The notes: a model not told the origin generated them from the letters alone. A stretch of DNA of 52,111 bases from an uncultured Muribaculaceae bacterium (GCA_964576135.1 CAZNTZ010000003.1:1-52111), one strand, 5' to 3'. Shown: positions 8,594 to 18,432, numbered from the stretch's first letter. A program made the numbers and translations.

Positions 8594-9502
8594 ATGTCTA
8601 AGAAAATACCGGTATTTTTTTGCACAAACAGAGATTTAACCAGCTGGCTTGCGGTTGCATTGGTAAGTATGGCTATGAATACAAAGCATAAAATTGATTT
8701 GCATATTGTTGAATGTGGCATAACGGATGTGGATAAGAAAATTATAAATGATATTTGTAAAACTTATAAAAATCTGGGCAAACCAAAATTTTATTATGTA
8801 AATACTTTGAAAGAATTTGATGGTTGTGGTGCGGTTCGTAATTCTGATTTAGCGGCATGGGGTCGTTACATGTTTCCAAGTTTGGCGCCTAATTTAGATA
8901 AAGCACTTTATATGGATACAGACATTATGGTTTTGGGCGATGTTGCAAAACTTTATAATATGGATTTAGAAGGTTATACAATCGCTGCAGCACCGGAAAT
9001 TTATTATATGGTTCCACATAACACTGAAAGGTTGGCAAATTATCAACGTGGTGTTGGTGGTTCTGATAAACATGTTCCGTTTTGTTCTGGGATAATGGTA
9101 ATGGATCTCGAAAAATGGCGTAAAAAAGGCATGCTTGAAAAATTGAAAAAAATTGGTCGTGAAAACGCTGCACGGTTTATATGCCCAGATCAAGATTCAA
9201 TGAACACTTTGTTTGCAGATAATTATAAAATAATCAGTAATACTTTGGTTGCATCAACATTTGATGTAAACTGTTTACGTGCTGATTTCACAGAACAATT
9301 TCCAGAAATGCAAAGAAATATTATTGTCAGACATTTTAACGTCATCAAACCTTGGAAAGATTACTTAACCGAAGGTCGCCCAATTGCACACCGTGAATTG
9401 TTTTGGTATTACGCCGAAAAGACACCGTTTTTAGCTTATTTTCAAATGGAATTCAGTGCATCAATGACTGAAAGAATAATAAATTTTTCTAATAAACGAT
9501 AA
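8594..9502 (+). CDS. Glycosyltransferase family 8 (LPS core glycosyltransferase-like, RfaI/J/GspA type)
   Basis: 302 aa with a DxD motif in LYMDTDIMVLGDV and a GT8-like N-terminal IPVFFCTN...; the GT8 call rests mainly on the DxD motif. Confidence 0.7.
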   Translation: MSKKIPVFFCTNRDLTSWLAVALVSMAMNTKHKIDLHIVECGITDVDKKIINDICKTYKNLGKPKFYYVNTLKEFDGCGAVRNSDLAAWGRYMFPSLAPNLDKALYMDTDIMVLGDVAKLYNMDLEGYTIAAAPEIYYMVPHNTERLANYQRGVGGSDKHVPFCSGIMVMDLEKWRKKGMLEKLKKIGRENAARFICPDQDSMNTLFADNYKIISNTLVASTFDVNCLRADFTEQFPEMQRNIIVRHFNVIKPWKDYLTEGRPIAHRELFWYYAEKTPFLAYFQMEFSASMTERIINFSNKR

Positions 9503-11098
9503 TCAAAGTTCGCTCAGTTTATTTATATTTTCCTGGGTTTTGATAATTTCCAGGTTCAATTTTTTTATATCTTCGCTGTTGTTTGCTGTTTTTAATTTTG
9601 TTTTTAATTCATCCAAATAAAAATTCAGTTTAAGTGCAATTATGAATTTTTCAGCATCTGTTTTTGATATTGGATTGACATTTTTTTCGATCTTTGCGCC
9701 CAAATCAATATTTAATCTGTGCAAGAAATCGGAATGCTTTTCAATTAAATCTGGATATGAATCAGCAATAACAGAAAGAGTCTTTTGTGTAATAGCACTG
9801 ATTTTTGGAATTGGAATATTATTGCCTTTTTCTGACATTTTTTTCCATTGATGCCATTGTTGGAATTTACGTTGATCGTATTCTTGTTCAAATTCACGTC
9901 GTAGAGATGGATCTGTGATTTTCGCAGTTTCTGTTTTCAAAAATTTTTCTGCCTGTGTCCTTCCATTTGGTGTTGCAATAATGAATGAATTATTTGCTGT
10001 TTGCCATAAGAAGTCTACCAATGGTATCGCAGAATCAATAATTTGCTTCATCTTAGACTGTCCGCCTGGGGATTTTAAAATATCATCAGGGTCCTTACCG
10101 CCTGTGACAAAGGCAAAACGCACATCTGAATTATCGCGAATAAGCGGTAAAATAAGTCCAACTGCGCGCGCGGCTGCTTTTTGGCCGGCAGCATCACCGT
10201 CAAAACAAAAAACAATGTTTCTGTTGGATTTTGCCAAAATTTGTAAATGATCTTCGGTCAGTGCTGTGCCCAATGGGGCAACGGTTTCACCAAAACCATT
10301 TGTTTGCATTTGTATTGCGTCTATTTGACCTTCGACAACTATACTACGGTTTGCAAGATGAATTGCCTCTCTGGCAAAGTTAAAACCAAATAAAGTTTGT
10401 CGTTTGTGAAAGAAATCAGTGTCAGATGTATTTATATATTTTGGTTCTGAACCATCCAATGATCTTCCTGAAAATGCAATGACTTGACCATATGCGTTAA
10501 AAATTGGGAACATTAATCTATCGCGAAAGAAATCATAGGGACCATAATCTCCAACGCGCACCAATCCGGTCATTGGCGTATTTTTATTTCCACCAAATTT
10601 TTGGGACACAAGGTTTGTTTTTGGCGCATATCCAATTCTGTATTTTTTTATCTTGGCATCGTCAAATCCACGTTTACGCAGGTAATCAAGTGCATGCGCA
10701 CCAGCAGCATCAAATAAATTATCCTGATAAATTTTACAAACAGATTCATAAATATCGAAATAACCCTGCTCTCGCTCTATCTGTTCTTTGGTTTTGGGTT
10801 TATAGTCTGGTAATTTTAATCCGGCCTGCTGTGCGAGATCTTCAATTGCAGATTTGAAATCTATATTATTGGTTTTCATTGTAAACGATATAATGTCGCC
10901 ATGTTCTCCGCAACCAAAGCAATGGTAAAATCCTTTTTCTTCGTTTACTGAAAAACTTGGTGTCTTTTCATTATGAAACGGGCAACATCCCCAATAATTT
11001 TGCCCCTTTTTTTTCAAAGGAACACGCCGACCAACAATATCGACGATTGAAAGTCTCGCCCGCAATTCGTCTGTAAAATTGTTGTTAAAAGCCGGCAT
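9503..11098 (-). CDS. dnaG: DNA primase DnaG
   Basis: Zinc-binding CCPFHNEKTPSF...HCFGCGEHGD and a TOPRIM region VVEGQIDAI...FDGDAAG. 531 aa. Confidence 0.92.
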   Translation of the reverse strand: MPAFNNNFTDELRARLSIVDIVGRRVPLKKKGQNYWGCCPFHNEKTPSFSVNEEKGFYHCFGCGEHGDIISFTMKTNNIDFKSAIEDLAQQAGLKLPDYKPKTKEQIEREQGYFDIYESVCKIYQDNLFDAAGAHALDYLRKRGFDDAKIKKYRIGYAPKTNLVSQKFGGNKNTPMTGLVRVGDYGPYDFFRDRLMFPIFNAYGQVIAFSGRSLDGSEPKYINTSDTDFFHKRQTLFGFNFAREAIHLANRSIVVEGQIDAIQMQTNGFGETVAPLGTALTEDHLQILAKSNRNIVFCFDGDAAGQKAAARAVGLILPLIRDNSDVRFAFVTGGKDPDDILKSPGGQSKMKQIIDSAIPLVDFLWQTANNSFIIATPNGRTQAEKFLKTETAKITDPSLRREFEQEYDQRKFQQWHQWKKMSEKGNNIPIPKISAITQKTLSVIADSYPDLIEKHSDFLHRLNIDLGAKIEKNVNPISKTDAEKFIIALKLNFYLDELKTKLKTANNSEDIKKLNLEIIKTQENINKLSEL

Positions 11099-11103
11099 TT
11101 ATA

Positions 11104-13371
11104 TCACTTTTTCTTGCCCCATGTTTTTTTTGAACTGGGCTTTTTATTGTTTATCAAATCAATGGCTGATTCTAAATCTGGTTGCTCTTTGACACCAACA
11201 TTTACTTTGTTTGATGAAATATACGCGCCATAACGACCATCTGCGAAATATAAAATATCTTTACCTGTTGCTGGGTTTGTACCGAGTGATAAACCTTCGG
11301 CTTTTTTGGCGGCACCAGATAATAATTCTTGGGCAATTTCCAAAGTTATAGTTTCAGATGTATATTTTTTTGCAGATGTATTTTTCTTACCGTCTGTGAC
11401 ATAGGGTCCAAAACGACCAATTTTAAATGAAATACCTTCACCCAAATCTTTGTTTGACGATCCGGATTCTTGGGTGCTATTTTCACCATCTGAATTTGGT
11501 GATTGTGTTGCCATTCCAAGTTGTTTTGTGTATTTGCATTCTGGATATTTTGAACAACCTAAGAATGCACCATATTTAGAAACTTTGAGTTCTAACTTGC
11601 TGCCGCACTCTGGGCACTTGTTATCACTATTTGGGAATAAATGCCCGTAAAGTGCAGTGTTTATGGCATCCATAACCTCTGGGGTGGATATTTTTTTGCT
11701 GCCCGCTACCATTTTTTCGACCGGAGACCAGAAACTTGTAAGTGCGGCAATACGCGCCAGTTTTCCATTTGATACATCGTCAAGTGCGTCTTCGGTCTTG
11801 GCGGTGAAATCAACCGCTACAAGATCTGGAAAATACTTTGTTAAAAATGCCGCGACAAGCCATCCAGCAGGGGTAGGAAAAAATCTTTGTTTATCCAGTT
11901 TTACATATTCACGATCAACAATTGTTGACATTATGGTTGCGTATGTTGATGGACGACCAATACCAAGTTCTTCTAATTTTTTTACAAGTGATGCTTCGGT
12001 GTATCTTGGTGGTGGCATTGTAAAATGTTGTTCTGGGATAAGTTTTGAAATTTCTATTTCATTACCAATTTCAAGTTGAGGTAATTTTGTTTCTTTTTCA
12101 TCAGAATCGTCATCATCCATACCTTCTTGATAAACTTTCAAAAATCCCGCGAAAGTCTGGGTTGTTCCAACAGAATGTAAAATTGCATTTGGTGAATTTT
12201 TTGGTTTTATATCAACACCAACAGAATCGAATTCAGCATTTGTCATTTGGCATGCAATTGTTCTTTTCCAAATCAAATCATAAAGTTTCGCAGCATCTGC
12301 ATCCAAATCTGTATTTTTTGTTGCAATATTTGTTGGACGAATTGCTTCGTGAGCTTCTTGGGCGTTTTTCGACTTTGTAACATAAATATTAGGGGATTTT
12401 GGTAAAAATTCATTACCATATTCTTTGACAATGTAATCACGAATACCGTTAACCGCCTCTGCTGACAAATTTGTTGCGTCGGTTCGCATGTATGTGATTA
12501 AACCTTGTTCATATAATTTTTGCGCAACACCCATTGTTCTTTTAGATGAAAAATGCAATTTACGCGCCGATTCTTGTTGTAATGTCGAAGTTGTAAATGG
12601 TGCATAAGGTTTTCTGGATATATGTTTTTTATCGATATTTGATACAATTGCATTTGTTGGAATACTGAAAGCAGATACGATTTTATCCATATCGCCTTTT
12701 GTGCCAATTGTAAGTTTTTCAATCTTTTTGTTTTCGAATTGTGCAAGCGATGCTGAAAATTCAGATGTACCTTTTTCACAATTTGCGGTTAATGACCAAT
12801 ATTCAACAGGTTTAAATACTTCTATTTCAGATTCACGATCAACAACCAATTTCACTGCTACCGATTGCACGCGGCCCGCACTACGCCCCAGGTTTCTGCG
12901 CCACAAAAGTGGTGAAACATTAAATCCAATTAAATAATCCAAAGCACGACGAACAAGATATGCATCAACCAAATCATTATCGATTTTTCTTGGATTTTTG
13001 ATTGCTTCGTTGATTGCATTTTTTGTGATTTCATGAAATACAACGCGATAAACTGGTTTACCGGCAATTGCTTTCTTTGCAGTTAAAATATCCAGTAAAT
13101 GCCATGCGATTGCTTCCCCTTCGCGGTCAGGGTCACTTGCCAGATAAAGTGTATCTGCTTTTTTTAATTCATCTGTGATTAATTTAATTTGTTTTTCTTT
13201 ACCAGGCATAATTTGCCATTTCATAGAAAAATCATTTTCTGGGTCGACGCTCCCATTTTCAGGTACAAGGTCGCGTACGTGTCCAACAGACGCGACAACG
13301 TGCCAATCTTTGCCCAGATATTTTTCAATTGTTTTTGCTTTGGCTGGTGATTCAACGATAAGTAAATTCAT
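11104..13371 (-). CDS. topA: DNA topoisomerase I
   Basis: MNLLIVESPAKAKTIEKYLG TOPRIM start, active-site region GLITYMRTD, and a C-terminal zinc ribbon CPECGS...CSKYPEC. 755 aa. Confidence 0.93.
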   Translation of the reverse strand: MNLLIVESPAKAKTIEKYLGKDWHVVASVGHVRDLVPENGSVDPENDFSMKWQIMPGKEKQIKLITDELKKADTLYLASDPDREGEAIAWHLLDILTAKKAIAGKPVYRVVFHEITKNAINEAIKNPRKIDNDLVDAYLVRRALDYLIGFNVSPLLWRRNLGRSAGRVQSVAVKLVVDRESEIEVFKPVEYWSLTANCEKGTSEFSASLAQFENKKIEKLTIGTKGDMDKIVSAFSIPTNAIVSNIDKKHISRKPYAPFTTSTLQQESARKLHFSSKRTMGVAQKLYEQGLITYMRTDATNLSAEAVNGIRDYIVKEYGNEFLPKSPNIYVTKSKNAQEAHEAIRPTNIATKNTDLDADAAKLYDLIWKRTIACQMTNAEFDSVGVDIKPKNSPNAILHSVGTTQTFAGFLKVYQEGMDDDDSDEKETKLPQLEIGNEIEISKLIPEQHFTMPPPRYTEASLVKKLEELGIGRPSTYATIMSTIVDREYVKLDKQRFFPTPAGWLVAAFLTKYFPDLVAVDFTAKTEDALDDVSNGKLARIAALTSFWSPVEKMVAGSKKISTPEVMDAINTALYGHLFPNSDNKCPECGSKLELKVSKYGAFLGCSKYPECKYTKQLGMATQSPNSDGENSTQESGSSNKDLGEGISFKIGRFGPYVTDGKKNTSAKKYTSETITLEIAQELLSGAAKKAEGLSLGTNPATGKDILYFADGRYGAYISSNKVNVGVKEQPDLESAIDLINNKKPSSKKTWGKKK

Positions 13372-13374
13372 AAA

Positions 13375-14535
13375 TTATGCACCTTTTGCAGACAGTTGTT
13401 GATCTTTGAATATTCTTGCGTTTTGGCAAAGTCCGAATCCGAACATAAGCGATAAAATTGCGCTGCCCCCGAAACTGACCAGTGGTAATGGTACGCCCAC
13501 TGTTGGTAATAATCCCAAAACCATTGCTATATTTATAAAGTAATAAGTAAAGAAATTCAACATAAACCCAAAACATAATAATTGACCAAATCGGTTTCTG
13601 CATGTTTTTGCGAACCAAAACAGCAATATTGTAATTGTTAAATATGTAAATAAAAGTAGAAATCCACCCATAAAACCAAATTCTTCACCGAATGATATGA
13701 AAATAAAGTCGGTTTGTTTTTCAGGTAAAAATGCTAAATGTGATTGTGTTCCTTGTAAAAACCCCTTGCCAACAAGACCGCCACTGCCAAAAGCAATCTT
13801 GGCCTGATTGATTTGATAACCAATCCCAGAAGTATCGTGATCAGGATTCATAAAAGTAATAATTCGATTACGTTGATAATCATGTAATCCACCAAACCAT
13901 ATAATTGGTGCAGATAATGCGACCAAAATGCCCCCGATTAAAAACCATTGCTTTTTTGCACCGACAATCCATAAAATTGCAACCCCAACAATTATAAGTG
14001 AAAGCGCAGTTCCAAGGTCAGGCTGCATTGCAACAAATAAAAATGGAATAATAAGCAATAAAGCCGGTATTATATATGTTTTTAGTTGTGAAAGTTCAAT
14101 AGAATTTTTCCATGCAAAATATCGCGCAAGTGACAAAACAACCGCTATTTTTATCAGTTCCGAAGGTTGGATATGTATAAATCCAAGGTTTAACCATCTT
14201 TGTGCACCCATACCTGTGTGTCCAACAAAATCTGTCAAAATAATGAGAATAAGGGCAACAAAATAAATTATATATGCAGATTTAAGCCATGTTTTAATGT
14301 TTGAAAAAGCTGCTATGAAGAAAACAACAAAACCAAGAGCAATCTTTCCAAGTTGTGACAAAGCGTAAGGTTTCCAACCACCAAAAGATTCACTTGTTCC
14401 ACCAATTGAATATAAAACTATTACAGAAACAACCAACAAGAAAGTCATAAGCGCAAAAAGTGGCCATGAAAAACCACGTAATTTTTCAGATAATCCAATA
14501 CTTTCGGTATGTGAAAATCGTATCTGGCTAGGCAT
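13375..14535 (-). CDS. rodA: Peptidoglycan glycosyltransferase RodA (SEDS family)
   Basis: 386-aa polytopic FtsW/RodA/SpoVE-family protein (QPSELIK, LPEKQTDFIF motifs). It lies directly downstream of and overlaps mrdA. Confidence 0.88.
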   Translation of the reverse strand: MPSQIRFSHTESIGLSEKLRGFSWPLFALMTFLLVVSVIVLYSIGGTSESFGGWKPYALSQLGKIALGFVVFFIAAFSNIKTWLKSAYIIYFVALILIILTDFVGHTGMGAQRWLNLGFIHIQPSELIKIAVVLSLARYFAWKNSIELSQLKTYIIPALLLIIPFLFVAMQPDLGTALSLIIVGVAILWIVGAKKQWFLIGGILVALSAPIIWFGGLHDYQRNRIITFMNPDHDTSGIGYQINQAKIAFGSGGLVGKGFLQGTQSHLAFLPEKQTDFIFISFGEEFGFMGGFLLLFTYLTITILLFWFAKTCRNRFGQLLCFGFMLNFFTYYFINIAMVLGLLPTVGVPLPLVSFGGSAILSLMFGFGLCQNARIFKDQQLSAKGA

Positions 14536-16315
14536 TTTTCAAAGCCTCCCTCATTACTTGTGACGCGACAAATGCGGCTGGTCCGGAAGATCCCGCATGT
14601 TCTGTAATTACTGCGACGATATATTTTGGATTATCAGTTGGTGCATAACCAACAAATAAACCATGATTACGTTGTTGCCAGGCAAGTTGGTCATTTGTCA
14701 AAACACCAGATTCACGTTCTTTTTTACTGATAGTTCTGACTTGGGATGTTCCGGTTTTACCACCCATTCGCATTCCACGAACATTTATAGCTGCACCCGC
14801 TGCTGTACCGCCTTGTTTTGTTACGCGTTCTAACCCGCCAAGTACGAGGCGACTATTTTTAAGACCCAATCCATCAACTTTGTTTTTTTCAAGTTCATTA
14901 GCAATAATGTATGGAACGACTTTTTTATTTGTTGCGACACGAGCCATCATTGTTGCAAGTTGAACACAATTTGTCAGAATAAACCCCTGACCAATTCCAG
15001 AAATAATTGTATCTCCGTGGTACCAAGTTGATCCAATATTTCTTTCTTTCCATTTTTTATCTGGAATAATTCCGGCTGCTTCACGTGGTAAAGTATTCAA
15101 GAGCATTTGTCCCAATCCCAAACGTTCAGCCATAGATTTAATTACGTCAATTCCGATACGTAATGCAACCTGATAAAAATAAATATCGCAAGAATGTGCC
15201 AGTGCATCAGAAAGATTTTCCCAACCATGTCCTTTAGCTTCCCAACAGTGATATAAATGATTTCCATATTCCCATTTACCTGGACAGAATATTTTTTCAG
15301 TTGGGGTCAGTGCTCCGGATTCCAAAGCCGCCAAAGCAACAATAATTTTAAATACTGAACCTGGTGGATAAAGTCCTTCTAGGGCTTTGTTCATAAATGG
15401 TTTTAATGGATCTTTGTTTAATTTTTCAGAGTATTCTGAACCACCTTCTGTACGGAAAATATTTGGATCAAATCCAGGTGCCGATACCATTGCCAAAATA
15501 GCACCATTTGTTGCATCCATAACAATTCCAGCGCCAGATTTATATTCTTTGAGCAAGTCAGCCAAACGTTTTTGCAAATTATCAGAAATTGTTGTATTCA
15601 GATTTGTTCCAGCTTGTTCTGAAATTTGCAATGATTCATCTTCGCCAACAATTTGTCCCATTGCATCTGCAATCAAAGCATGTTGGCCAGCACGGCCAGC
15701 CAGCGATCTATCAAATGCACGTTCAAGACCAGAAATGCCAGTCATAAAGAATTGTGATTTAGATGCGAGTCTTTGATAATCCTGCATAGCGCGATCTGTC
15801 ATTCCAATATAACCAATAACCTGTGCAGCCGCATCACCAAGTGGATAACGTCTGGAATATCCTTGTTCAATATGCAATCCATTAAGACCGAGTGATTGTA
15901 ATTTTGCTAACTGTTCCCAACCAAGTGATTCACGAATCAGTGTCGGTTGAAACTTTCTTTGCTTTTCAATAGATTTTCTAATTTTTGAAATTTCGGCCGG
16001 TTTTAATTTTAGTTCACGTGTCGATTCTTTTATTAACTCTTCGATATTATCAGTTTCTTCTGGGATAATATATGCACGATATACAGGGGTGTCATAAGCA
16101 AGTGATGAACCGTCTTTTGCAAGTATTCGTCCACGTTCTGGTAAATTTACTTGTAACCGTATCGAATTATTCAATGCTTTGCGTTTATATGTACCATAAT
16201 TAAAAACTTGTAATTGCAGCATTCGCATAACAAGAACAGAAGTTAAAATGGCACCAGCACCAAGAAATAATGCAGAACGTCTGTCAAAGGTAAGAGATAC
16301 TTCTTTGTCGATCAT
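14528..16315 (-). CDS. mrdA: Penicillin-binding protein 2 (elongasome transpeptidase)
   Basis: 595 aa with SVFK (SxxK) and KTGT transpeptidase motifs. It sits between mreD and rodA. Confidence 0.9.
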   Translation of the reverse strand: MIDKEVSLTFDRRSALFLGAGAILTSVLVMRMLQLQVFNYGTYKRKALNNSIRLQVNLPERGRILAKDGSSLAYDTPVYRAYIIPEETDNIEELIKESTRELKLKPAEISKIRKSIEKQRKFQPTLIRESLGWEQLAKLQSLGLNGLHIEQGYSRRYPLGDAAAQVIGYIGMTDRAMQDYQRLASKSQFFMTGISGLERAFDRSLAGRAGQHALIADAMGQIVGEDESLQISEQAGTNLNTTISDNLQKRLADLLKEYKSGAGIVMDATNGAILAMVSAPGFDPNIFRTEGGSEYSEKLNKDPLKPFMNKALEGLYPPGSVFKIIVALAALESGALTPTEKIFCPGKWEYGNHLYHCWEAKGHGWENLSDALAHSCDIYFYQVALRIGIDVIKSMAERLGLGQMLLNTLPREAAGIIPDKKWKERNIGSTWYHGDTIISGIGQGFILTNCVQLATMMARVATNKKVVPYIIANELEKNKVDGLGLKNSRLVLGGLERVTKQGGTAAGAAINVRGMRMGGKTGTSQVRTISKKERESGVLTNDQLAWQQRNHGLFVGYAPTDNPKYIVAVITEHAGSSGPAAFVASQVMREALKNA

Positions 16316-16767
16316 TATTTATCAATCCTTTTTGCAATAGCAGCAAAAATAAAATAAAACACGCTTACCCATAACAACAGCCAAATGCTTTTTAATAATA
16401 CGCCCCAAGACCAAGCATTCACGCTTGACCAGAAAGTAAGAATCAAAAGACATAAACCAAAAAATGCCATAAATACAAACAAAGCATCCATTTTTTGTCT
16501 TGATGTATCAAAGAAAGATTGCAGTCCATTAGCAGCATAAGCAGCACTATACATAAAAGTCCAGAAAAGCAGAGTGTCGAAATTTCTGTCTATCAAAAGA
16601 CAAATTAGTAATGAGAATGGAAAAAAACACAGAACAGGTCTGACAAAAGAGTAATAAAACAAAGGAATTATTGCCAAAATACCGCATGGATTAAATACAA
16701 GCGAATCAAGCCGCCAAAGCAGTAAAGTTATCAAAAACGGAAATAATATTTTGATGTAATTTTTCAT
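16315..16767 (-). CDS. mreD: Rod shape-determining protein MreD
   Basis: 150-aa multi-TM protein located between mreC and mrdA. The call rests on position and hydrophobicity. Confidence 0.65.
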   Translation of the reverse strand: MKNYIKILFPFLITLLLWRLDSLVFNPCGILAIIPLFYYSFVRPVLCFFPFSLLICLLIDRNFDTLLFWTFMYSAAYAANGLQSFFDTSRQKMDALFVFMAFFGLCLLILTFWSSVNAWSWGVLLKSIWLLLWVSVFYFIFAAIAKRIDK

Positions 16768-16793
16768 TTTCGTTATTCAAACTTATGGCTTTT

Positions 16794-17630
16794 CTATTTA
16801 TATTTTTCTTTGCTGTTGAATATCAATACTATGGCTTCGCTCAGTTTTTTTGCGGGTGCAAATAATTTTACCTCTGCATATTTATTTTCTGCTCTTTCAA
16901 CAACACCTATTGGAATTCCTTCGGGAAGTGTCCCATTTATTCCACTTGATACCAGTTTGATTCCAACGGTTGGAACAAATTCTGGGTCGCTAAAGAATTT
17001 AAATGTCGCTTTGTTACCACCGGCTCCATTTAAAAATCCATAAACACTTGTACCTGCAACACGTACAGGAATATTTGATTTTGAATCTGATAAAGATCTG
17101 ACACTTGCAAAATCATCGGTTACATTATCTATTATTCCAGCCAAGCTGCCATCGTATGAAATAACAACCATTTTCTCGCCCAGTCCTTTGGACTTACCTT
17201 TGTTTATTAAAAATCCACTGTGATGAAATGCCGTGTTATTATGGATTATTTCTGCTGATACTGATTTTGTAGGTGTTTGTTTAATAATATCTAATTGTTG
17301 TTCAAGTTTTTGATTTTCGGCAATTAAAACATTACATTCATTCTGATGGGCAGAGATTTCGGCGAGTTTTGCACGCAAAATTTTATTTTCTTTGCGGGCA
17401 ATACTAATTTCATGAATATTTTCACCTAAACGTACAGTTGCACGCATTGGCCAAGACACAAAATCACCGATTGCGTGTGCGACAGGTAATACAAAATTTG
17501 AAACGCCGTTCATAATCTTGTAATCAGGCTTATCAAGAAAGATATATATCAAAAAAACCGGTAATAACGATGCAGCGATTCCCGAACGAATTGTTTTATA
17601 AGCTTGTGAAGACAATTTTTTAACATTCAT
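16794..17630 (-). CDS. mreC: Rod shape-determining protein MreC
   Basis: N-terminal TM segment, a coiled coil (ILRAKLAEISAHQNECNVLIAENQKLEQQL), and a beta-rich C-terminus (GIPIGVV). The ORF track starts it at TTG 17666; the first ATG is at 17630. Confidence 0.8.
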   Translation of the reverse strand: MNVKKLSSQAYKTIRSGIAASLLPVFLIYIFLDKPDYKIMNGVSNFVLPVAHAIGDFVSWPMRATVRLGENIHEISIARKENKILRAKLAEISAHQNECNVLIAENQKLEQQLDIIKQTPTKSVSAEIIHNNTAFHHSGFLINKGKSKGLGEKMVVISYDGSLAGIIDNVTDDFASVRSLSDSKSNIPVRVAGTSVYGFLNGAGGNKATFKFFSDPEFVPTVGIKLVSSGINGTLPEGIPIGVVERAENKYAEVKLFAPAKKLSEAIVLIFNSKEKYK

Positions 17631-17713
17631 GGGCTGATTTATACACCAGTGATTTATAATTTTCAATACAATTTAATATAAAAACTTGATTTTTGTAATT
17701 TTTAAGTCATAAT

Positions 17714-17746
17714 ACCGGGGCATCCAAAGCGGCGGGGCATGCCGCA
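17714..17746 (+). promoter_or_regulatory. GC-rich structured 5' leader of rpmI-rplT (candidate ribosomal-protein autoregulatory element)
   Basis: CCGGGGCATCCAAAGCGGCGGGGCATGCCGC contains a direct repeat GGGGCAT x2 and a hairpin GCGGC-GGGGCAT-GCCGC, alternatively the palindrome GGCATGCC. It is an island of about 70% GC in an AT-rich spacer, 24 nt before the rpmI ATG. Confidence 0.4.
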
Positions 17747-17769
17747 AGGATAAATCAAAAGGAATCAAA

Positions 17770-17973
17770 ATGCCAAAAATGAAGACAAAGTCTTACCTGA
17801 AAAAACGGGCAAGCATGACCGCGACCGGTAAAATCCGGGTTGCCAGAAACAGCCACAAAAAACTGCTGCGTAAAAAATCCAAACGTGCAAATAACCAAGG
17901 ATCTAAGGCGCAATACTTAAACGCAAACATGGTTGGTCAAGCAAAAATCTTGGCGCCATACGGTTTGAAATAA
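17770..17973 (+). CDS. rpmI: 50S ribosomal protein L35
   Basis: MPKMKTKS...KRA..T..GKI. 67 aa, basic, immediately upstream of rplT. Confidence 0.92.
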   Translation: MPKMKTKSYLKKRASMTATGKIRVARNSHKKLLRKKSKRANNQGSKAQYLNANMVGQAKILAPYGLK

Positions 17974-17990
17974 ATAAAAAGGCTTAAAAA

Positions 17991-18356
17991 ATGGCAAGAG
18001 TTAAACGCGGAACAACCGTAAAACAAAAACACAAGAAAATATTGGATCGGGCCAAAGGTTATTTGGGTCGCCACAGTTCAACATATCGCGCCGCGCGTGA
18101 AAAGACCGAAAAAGCAGGTCAGTATTCATATCGTGACCGCAAAGTCAAAAAACGTGAGTTCAGATCACTTTGGATTATCCGTATCAATGCTGCTGCACGT
18201 AATGCAGGTCTGACATACAGCCAATTCATGAATGGACTCAAAAAAGCCGGGATTGAACTTGATCGTAAAGTTTTGGCCGAAATGGCATATGCTAATGATG
18301 CTAATTTTTCAAAATTGGTTGAATCAGCAAAACGATTTATCAAAACTGAAAAATAA
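17991..18356 (+). CDS. rplT: 50S ribosomal protein L20
   Basis: [23 protein letters not shown]. 121 aa. Confidence 0.95.
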   Translation: MARVKRGTTVKQKHKKILDRAKGYLGRHSSTYRAAREKTEKAGQYSYRDRKVKKREFRSLWIIRINAAARNAGLTYSQFMNGLKKAGIELDRKVLAEMAYANDANFSKLVESAKRFIKTEK

Positions 18357-18394
18357 CTTTTCGGTGGCGATATTTTGTATGTTATTCTAAAATG

Positions 18395-18416
18395 TCCGCC
18401 GAAAGGCGGATTTTTT
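18395..18416 (+). terminator. Rho-independent terminator/attenuator between rplT and pheS
   Basis: TCCGCC-GAAA-GGCGGA followed by T6. The T-run ends 16 nt before the pheS GTG start. Confidence 0.75.
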
Positions 18417-18432
18417 ATCAAAAGGGAAAACA

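Noticed and set aside
11657-12079. Numerous 60-170-aa ORFs in the track lie antisense to, or out of frame within, large well-supported genes. Examples: 11657-12079 and 12045-12380 in topA, 15387-15776 in mrdA, 9915-10250 in dnaG, 32290-32742 in the UDG gene, 47772-48275 in recF, 50643-50975 in accB, and 29817-30296 in metG.
   Set aside because: They fully overlap genes with strong family signatures, have low-complexity or odd compositions, and lack recognisable motifs or start contexts. They are typical shadow ORFs.
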